Positions 1 to 34,623 of a stretch of 34,623 nucleotides of DNA are shown here, piece by piece (positions within the stretch are counted from its first letter, which is position 1; every line of letters starts with the position of its first letter). The notes beneath the pieces were generated by a model. It had not been told where the DNA came from. It was given only the letters and a program-made list of their open reading frames with translations, and made no database searches. Source of the stretch: Chiloscyllium plagiosum (Eukaryota); NCBI RefSeq assembly GCF_004010195.1, contig NC_057718.1, positions 95,430,852 to 95,465,474 of the forward strand. The letters run 5' to 3'. The translations under genes and the position numbers were made by a program.

Positions 1-164
1 ATAGGCAGATGACGTGTGTCTATGTCGGTGCATGCGCATGTTTGTGTGGTTTGCTCAGAACCTAAACTCCAGTTAATCGTTGACTTGTTCTGTGCAACCA
101 ACAAGGATATAGATTTTTCATAAAAGTACTAACAATAATATATCACAGATAAAGCGACTGCTGA

Positions 165-294
165 ACATGCACATGGATAGCAGTGAGTTGAGGGGTGAGT
201 AGGTTAAGTTACTATATTTTACATTAGGATTAAATCTTGGCACAACATTGTGAGCCAAAGGGCCTGTTCTGTGCTCTACTGTTCTATGTTCTAT
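165..294 (+). mobile_element. CR1-type LINE 3' end fragment
   Basis: Ends in gccaaagggcctgttctgtgctctactgttctatgttctat, a typical CR1 3' tail with a short tandem terminal repeat. Confidence 0.7.
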
Positions 295-1467
295 AAAGTG
301 AAAATTAAAAGACTTCCAAACCACTCACTATACTGTCACTCACCCTTCACTCTCCCTTGTTAAGACCAGTGATGAGACCCTGGAAAATGTAGATAATTTT
401 CCATATTTTTGTGAGTTGCCTGTCAATGATTACAGGCATAGACCACACAATTCATCATTGCTTCTAGTGTGCAAACTCATGTTTTTACCAGGATCTCGAA
501 CCCAAGGCTCTAATTCCAGTGACAAGAAAGTTGATCCAACAGCAGCAATCTCTCCCAAACCAACATGCCCTGCTTGGAGGTGCCTGAAGCAGTTCTTCCA
601 CTCAGCAATTGCTCACAGCCAGAAACCCACTCCAGGACAGGAAACATGTTTTGTGCATGTCCTCAAAGCATCACTGAAAGTAAAACATCTTTTCTGATTA
701 ACGAGAGTCTGTGGAGGTGTTTAGGAAGGCATATAAACCTTGAAGGCTTTTGGGAAGATTTGAGGCAAGAGATTGGAGAAATCGCACAAACCTCTGCACA
801 GCTCATCTTCCCCATCATCCAAGCACCACTTGACCTACTTTTGACAGATCATGCATTGGCCTTTTCAGCCATCTCAGAAACTGTAGATAAAGAGCAGAAA
901 CAAGTCACCCTTCACCCTGAGAGATTGCCTAAGGAGAGAAAATGAGACCATAAGTTGTTACATTCTCTACAGACAATTGGTGACGTTTTACAGTTTTGTT
1001 TTTGATTGTAATCGTGACTTGCTTAATTACACCATTTTTTTAATAAAATGTCGATCTAGGACAAGTGATCTCTTCCTCTGGTGTTGTTTGATTCTGTTGG
1101 CATGTGTGTCTTTGAGCCAAACGCTGATAAATTCTGCACTATTTTGTTGCAATTATCCTTACATTTCTGTGGTTATTCATGCTTTTGATCCACACTATGT
1201 CTTACAGCACTTTAAGTCCATCAAGCAAAATTACTTTTACTTTTCTTTTACTTATCATTTATGGGCAAATGTATTTCATCTTAAAAGGCAAGCATGGAAA
1301 AGTTGATGATAATTAGAAAACATATAGATCCAATTATATTTTAAGTTACACTGACTTTTGTTTCATCCCCCTCTGCCCATCCAGACAAGGAACATTTTTC
1401 AGAGAGTGGAGGCGTGAGTTCCATTTGAACCGTACAGTGCCAGTTCTCAAAAATTATTCTGAGAGAT

Positions 1468-1600
1468 GTAGGAGCAGAAGTTGGCCATTTAGCTCCTTGA
1501 GCCTGCTCTGCCATTCTAGATGGTGGCTGATCATCTGCCTAAATCCTGTACTCCTTGGTGTTATTATTGATTAGAAGTATATCAGTCTTTGTTTTGAACA
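1468..1600 (-). mobile_element. CR1/L2-type LINE 3' end fragment
   Basis: gtaggagcagaagttggccatttagctccttgagcctgct is the reverse complement of the tail type seen at 5710-5753. Confidence 0.6.
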
Positions 1601-1602
1601 TG

Positions 1603-3120
1603 GAATCGTAGAGATATCCAGCATGGAAACAGACTCTTTGGTCCAACCCGTCTGAGCTGACCAGGTATCCTAAATTAACTTAGTCCCATTTGCCAGCATT
1701 TGGCCCACATCACTCTTAAGTCCTCCCTGTTCATATACCCATCCAGCTGCTTTATAAATGTTGTAATTGGCCCAGCTTACACCATTTCCTCTGGCAGCTC
1801 ATTTCATACACGCACCACCTTCTGCATGAAAATGTCCCTCGGGTCCCTTTTTATTATCTTTCCTCTCTCACCTTAAACCTGTGCCCTCTGTTTTGGACTC
1901 TTTTTCAGCTCGGGAAACACACTTTGTTATTTTCCCTGTCCGTGTCTCTCATGATTTTGTAAACCTTTGTAAGGCCACCCTTCTGCCTCCGACGCTGCAG
2001 GGAAAATAGCCCTAGCCTATTCAGTTTCTCCCTATAGCACAAACCTTTTTCTGAACCGTTCCAAGTTTCACAACATCCTATAGCCTGGAGACCAAAATTG
2101 AATGCAGTACTCCAAAAGTGGCCTAATCGATGTCCTGTATAGCTACAACATAACTTCCCAACTCTGTACTCAATGCACTGATCAATAAAAGCAAGCATAC
2201 CAAACACCTCTTTCACTATCCTGTCTACCTGCGACTTCACTTTCAAGCGACTTCAGTATGAATGTGTACTCCAAGGTCTCTGTTCAGCAATACAGGCCAG
2301 GCACTTACCATTAAATGTATAAATCCTGCTGTAATTTGCTTTTCCAAAATGCAGCACATCACATTTATCTATATTAAGCTCCTTCTGGCAATCCTCGGGC
2401 CTATTGGCCCAACTGATCAAGATCCCATTACACTCTGAGGTAGCCTTCTTGGCTTTCCACTGCACCACCAATTTTGGTGTTATCTGTAAATTTATTAACC
2501 ATACATCCTATGTTCACATCCAAATCACTGGACTAAAAGCAGTTGGATCAGTACTGATCAGTGGCGCACTGCTTGTCACAGGCCTCCAATCTGAAAAGCA
2601 ACCCTCCGCCACCACCCTCTGTCTTCTACCTTCGAGCTAGATCTGTATCCAAATGGCAAGTTCTCCCTGCATTCCATGTGATCTAACCTTGCTAACCAGT
2701 TTACCATGTGTTACTTATTGAACGACTTACTGAAGTCCATATCAATCATGACCACTGTTCTGCCTTCTTCAATCTTTGTTGTTACTTATTCTAACAACTC
2801 AAGTTAGTGAGACACAAAGCCATGCTGACTATTCCTAATCAGTCCTTGCCTTTCCAAATACATGTCAATCCTATCCTTCAGGATCCCCTCCAACAACCTG
2901 TCCATCACTGATCTCTAGGTCACCGGCCAATAGTTCTCTAGCTTTTTCTTAGCATTTTTTAAAAATAATGGCATCACATTAGCCAACCTCAGGTCTTCCA
3001 GCACCTCACCTGTGGCTATTGATGATATAGATATCTCTGCAGGTGACTGTGTAATCACTTCCCTGTCTTCCCACAGAGTTCTGGGGTACACCTGATCAGG
3101 TCCTGGGGATTTATCCATGT
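1603..3120 (-). mobile_element. Decayed, 5'-truncated CR1 (HER1-like) LINE with reverse-transcriptase remnant
   Basis: Minus ORFs 1905..2246, 2253..2471 and 2915..3208 give CR1 ORF2 peptides (DKSPGPDQVYPRTLWE, ANVMPLF, KCDVLHFGKAN, LNRLGLFSLQRRR...VYKIMR), broken by stops and frameshifts. Confidence 0.9.
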
Positions 3121-3971
3121 TGATGTGGGATAGTAACTGTTTTACATATCCAGCTTCAACCAGGATTTCTGCAAAACTGAACTTAAAACAAAGGCTTTCT
3201 TCAAGCAATGCGCTTTACCCCTCACTTGTAAAAAGAAACACAAGTTTAGAACCTTATAATTGAATTCTAGCACTGAACTGTTTATTCACTCATGAACTCT
3301 GACAACTGAACCAAAACCATTATATTTGAGGAATCATCTCTCCCATATGGATTGGAGAAATCGCCATGGGTGTGGAAATGTACAACAGTATTTTGTGATT
3401 CAACTTCCACAGCACTTTACGGTGGAGAATTCTAAAGATTTATCACCCACTGAGTAAAGAGATTCCCCATTTCATTCCGAAATGGCTTGTGTTTTATTCT
3501 GAGGTTGTATCCCATGGTTTTAAACCATTCAGCCAAAGAAAACAACTATTCAGCATTCTATTGTTTTAAAAATGTTCATTTCTGTGTCATCACCTCCAAT
3601 TTTAAAACTCAGAGAATGTTGGCTCAGTCTCCTTATAGAGTTGTTGCACATGCCCAGGAATCAATCTGGTGACCTCCACTGCCATCCCTCTGTGGCAGGT
3701 ATGTAGTTTAGTTCGAGTACCAGAACTGTATGTAATACTGTAGGTGTTGTCTCACTGTGTTCCATGTAATACCATTGTGACCTTGATACTACTGCAACAA
3801 ACTGCCTTCGCCCTTATCTCAGAAGATTTTTTTTTGATTTCTCAATGTGGCCTTTCTAAATTAGATTGCTAAAAGCAGCAATTAGTTTTGTGCATTCCCA
3901 CTTGGACATCAATACAGACTTTTCAAGAGCATGTCAGAGCCCAAAAAGACTTTAGTTCTCTTAGACTTTGA

Positions 3972-4605
3972 CATACCACAACCAAAAGGACTAGCCACAC
4001 TACCATACATCAGGAGCATCTCATAACTGACAGCCAGACTACTGCGACCCCTAGCACTCATAACGGCACACAAACCAACAGCCACGCTCAGACAATAACT
4101 CACCAGAACGAAGGACCCGATACCCAACATGAGCAAAACTAATGTAGTGTATAAAATACCATGCAAGGACTGCACAAAACACTATATAGGACAAACAGGA
4201 AGACCGCTAACAATCTGCATATATGAACATCAACTAGCCACGAAACGACACGACCAGCTATCCTTAGTAGCCACACACACAGACAACAAGCAACATGAAT
4301 TCGACTGGGACAACACTACTATCATAGGGCAAGCCAGACAGAGAACAGCCAGGGAATTCCTAGAGGCATGGCATTCATCCACAAACTCCATCAACAAACA
4401 CATCGACCTGGACCCAATATACCAACCACTACAGCGGACAGCTGAAACTGACAACCGGAAGCGGCAGGGACAGACCACTATAAACACCGGAGGAAACATC
4501 AAAGAAGCGCTTCGCAGGAGGCTCCCAAGCACTGATGATGTCGCCTAGCCAGGGGACGAAACGTTTGCAACAAAAACTTCCAGCTCGGCGAACAGAACCA
4601 CAACA
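3972..4605 (+). mobile_element. Penelope-like retroelement 3' part with GIY-YIG endonuclease remnant
   Basis: ORF 4129..4548 reads NVVYKIPCKDCTKHYIGQTGR...EH...REFLEAWHS..SIN (GIY-YIG). The upstream in-frame linker LPYIRSIS*LTARLLRPL...HKPTATLRQ* has two stops. 10-bp TSD TAGACTTTGA at 3962-3971 and 4606-4615. Confidence 0.92.
4529..4568 (+). ncRNA. Minimal type I hammerhead ribozyme motif at the PLE 3' end
   Basis: gca-CTGATGA-T-GTCGCCT-agcc-AGGGGAC-GAAA-C-GTT-tgc: conserved core, stem II with one mismatch, 3-bp stem I, palindromic ACGT in place of stem III. Confidence 0.7.
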
Positions 4606-4993
4606 TAGACTTTGAGATCAGGAAAATCCATGTCAAACCAGATTCAAACTGGTTTAATTGACTTGGGTCACATTCACTTGCTCTTACCGGTAAAATAAAT
4701 TTTCATTTGTTATTGGGTAAAAGTTATTTGGACTGAAATTACCTTTGTGTAAGAAATTTTATGCTCATTTGTAGCTTTCAAATATTCCCGAACTTTCTTC
4801 TGATAGAGTTGTATGTGTAAAATTGAATCGTTGTTTCATACTGTCTTGTCAATTTTAAAATTGCTACTGATGTTAATAGTGTTTAAAAGCTGTAATTTGC
4901 CGTAGGAATTGCAGATTAAATGGTTGCGAAGTGTGAATGAGCTATTTGAATTACTCGGCAATTCTGACTATTGATTGGCACATTTTGTTCTAG

Positions 4994-31883
<26,890 letters not shown>

Positions 31884-32068
31884 TTGCAGATTGATCACAA
31901 AAATACCTTTGTACAGTTATGCTAACTCCCTTTAAAGGAGAGCAAAGGCAAGGAGAACTACAATGATATCTACCTTTGGTGATATTATCATTATGTTATA
32001 AGTGTTTCAAGTTTCGAGTCAGTAAAATAGTATGAGATTGTTGAGCCATTTAATAATAATCTCTGGAT

Positions 32069-32225
32069 AGAAAGTAGTGTTAACTTTTCAGGTTCAGGGA
32101 CCTTTCTGATGTGAAGATTTGCAATGTTAACTCTGCTTTCTCTCCACAGATGCTGCTAGACCTAAGTTTATCTAAAAAATTCTGTTCTTATTTCAGATAT
32201 CCAGTGTGCACAGTTATTTATTTTA
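32069..32225 (+). mobile_element. Decayed PLE-terminal-like repeat in the MCM8 3' UTR
   Basis: gttaactctgctttctctccacagatgctgctagacct...cagatatccagtgtgcacagt parallels the family A tail. Short inverted pair at 32069-32084 and 32126-32141. Confidence 0.5.
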
Positions 32226-33462
32226 TTTAATTATGCTAGATTTGAAAAAAATACTCATTCTGGCTTTAAAAATGTAACTAGCCCATTCTAGCAAAATAGA
32301 TGCACAAATTCGCTTAATTTCATAAAGTTTAGAAAGTGTTGATATAAATAGTTAGTCCTCATTATTTCTCCAACCAAATAATTAAAAGTTACTGTTGTAT
32401 TCTAAATTTGAGCTGGAGTAGGATGTTGATATTTTGCTGTGTTTTTGAAAGATGGGCTTGAACCTACAGCCTGTGTATTGCACATAACAAGTTTTGGTGT
32501 TGGCTGTAGTTTTGAAGAAAGAATACAAATCAATTCAGAAACATCAGAAGGAAGAAACAAATTGCAGTACATTGTTTCTGTGTACTTTTCATCTTGTTGG
32601 TGCATTGCATCCCACTTGGAAAAATGGAGAATAAAAAGCTGACAGTTGAATTGTATAATGCGTTGAATGGAGTTAATTGAACCAGTGTGTGTGGATGTAC
32701 TGTCATTGTGATTTTAAAATTGTACAATTCTGTCTTTATTTACTACTTGCTATTATCAAATTATTTTACTTAAGTTCTATGATGGAAACGTCTTATGTAA
32801 ACTTGCTACTTTATAGCTGCACCCTCCCAGTGGTAGTATTATTGAATCTCTGCTGCTGGCAAGATGTGAATATATATGTTAATTTTACATAAGTTTACAT
32901 CACAAAAGCCAAACCTAAGAATTTATAATGGAAGAACGTTGATTTAAGTTTAAGATGAAAGAATTTTAATAATCATAGAAATGAATCGGAATAAAACCTG
33001 TTAGAGCTCTATTAATGTGTCTTTGTTGGGTATCTGAAATTCAAGGAATATCTTGGTCCCTAGAGTGCTTATTACCTTATCTGAATTTTATCTGTACTTG
33101 TCACAAAATACAATGTGGAAGTATTGGATTTCTGTGAATTTAAGGCATTATTAGTAGGGATAAGGACCTGCTCAAACCATCTCCACAGATGTGTACTGAG
33201 AAGTCTTTGAAGAAAGAAACTTTTCAGACTATAAACATTGCTGTTAAATTAGTCTTTTTTTTATTTTTGTAGGTTCTTGCGTAATTTAGTAAGTGTTTTC
33301 TCAATTCTTTGTAGAAACTTTACTTCACATGTTCATGAAAAGTGTAATTTATGCTAACAATCTGTAATTCTGTCATACATAAAGTATGGAAATTTCTGTT
33401 GATGTAATACATCTACTTTGAAAATTGTAATGATAAATACTATTGAAATTTTATTTTTAAGC

Positions 33463-33510
33463 ATTAAAAGAATAAATGTAATGTACATATCATTTTGTTT
33501 GTGCTGATAC
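33463..33510 (+). terminator. Probable MCM8 polyadenylation signal
   Basis: ATTAAA (33463-33468) and AATAAA (33471-33476) are followed by a CA and a T/GT-rich tract (cattttgtttgtgctg). Further AATAAA hexamers lie at 32630 and 32990. Confidence 0.55.
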
Positions 33511-33984
33511 CTGTATTAAGAATTTTATGCTTCATTTTTATTCTGTCATTGTCTGTGTATTTTATTTTTATTCGTTCCTAGAATATGATGTTGGTTATGC
33601 CAACATTTGTTGCCCGTCCGAATTTGTCTGGAAAATTGTACAGAGGATATCGCCCAAATTTTGAATTGCGTCCAAAAATGAAGGAGCGTTGAAACGTTTG
33701 GTATTCAAGTAGCCCTTCTTTACATGTGACCCAGAATAACTGTGTAGCATGCAGTTCATTGGAGACATAAAATACTGGAAAACATCCAAAATGTCTGGTC
33801 AATACATGCAAATCAAATATTATAAAATAAACCCGGTTGCTTTCAGCCCTGAGATAGGATGCTGCCGGCAGTGATTGTAATGAGATCAGCTAGGTGGGCA
33901 TCATAGAATGAGTACCCTAACTGAAGCTGTTAACATGGTCTAAGGAAGCTGGACCAGTTTCCAGTACTATGCATGAGTAAAATT

Positions 33985-34170
33985 AAAAATCATAACACCA
34001 GGTTATAGTCCAACAGGTTTATTTGGAAGTACTAACTTTCGGAGCACTGCTCCTTCATCGGGTAGCCAGTGAGGTAGGATCATAAGACAATTTATAGCGC
34101 AAGATCATAGTGTCATGCAACTGATATGTATATTGCAGGTTTCGGTTCATTAATATGTAAATCCCAGAAC
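33985..34170 (-). mobile_element. PLE-terminal repeat, family C, with hammerhead-like core
   Basis: Minus strand 34064->34029 reads tac-CCGATGA-A-GGAGC-agt-GCTCC-GAAA-G-TTA-gta, followed by cttccaaataaacctgttggactataacctggtgtt. Confidence 0.65.
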
Positions 34171-34324
34171 GGACTTTATATGCTCGTATTAAAAAAAGGT
34201 GATGTGTCACCCTTTTTCTTCTGTTGTACAAATTGTTGCGAGAATCTGAAATGTGGCATTCTTGTGTTTTGTCTGTTTGAAGGCAAGATAGAAAGCTTTG
34301 GCAATGTGTGCTTAGGAAAAGAAG

Positions 34325-34623
34325 CTTCCCCTCCACCCCCACCATCACCACCGCCGGTTCGGTGTCTTTCCCCATCTCTCCCAAAACCACAACTTCTCAG
34401 TAGCCCTGTCCTCCATGTCCTCCCTTCGTCCATTTCATCACTTCTCCCATTTTATGTCCCCCAACCCCACTTTATACCTTCACTCCCAAACCCAACTTTG
34501 TCATCCATCACCCATTTCCCCCAACCCCCATGTCACTTTGCCACTCATCCCCTGCATTCCCCCAACCCCCACTTTATGCTAGCTCCACAAACTTTCACTT
34601 TGCCACCCGACCCCTCATTGCCC
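34325..34623. repeat. C-rich low-complexity / degenerate tandem repeat
   Basis: Recurrent cccccaacccc(c)actttat and tcactttgccac units. Confidence 0.7.

Noticed and set aside
10..40. TGACGT (CRE-like) and TGCATGCGCATG (NRF1-like) motifs as the MCM8 promoter
   Set aside because: Short motifs at the window edge with no CpG island or start-site evidence; could be chance.
416..945. ORFs 416..697 and 565..945 as the first MCM8 exon or a separate gene
   Set aside because: No resemblance to the MCM8 N-terminus or any domain I recognise, and no convincing splice link.

Overview
Eukaryotic genomic DNA from a vertebrate, most likely a cartilaginous fish (shark), judging from HE1-type SINEs and the CR1, L2 and Penelope repeat families. 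The window holds almost the whole MCM8 helicase gene on the + strand. I traced 17 phase-compatible coding exons (W1-W17, 4994..31883, 2360 coding nt, about 786 aa) plus a 3' UTR with poly(A) signals; the start-codon exon was not identified. One intron probably uses a GC donor (17447). The introns are full of decayed CR1/L2 LINEs, tRNA-derived SINEs and a Tigger-like MITE. The most striking pattern is about ten Penelope-like (PLE) insertions from 3-4 families, most carrying minimal hammerhead-ribozyme cores (intact or decayed). Many are fold-back inverted repeats with 10-17 bp target-site duplications (TSDs), including a perfect 86-bp hairpin at 20005-20184. There is one 364-nt assembly gap. 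No CRISPR array, rRNA or true tRNA gene was found. The protein-coding content is a known gene, so any novelty lies in the ribozyme and fold-back repeat architecture.
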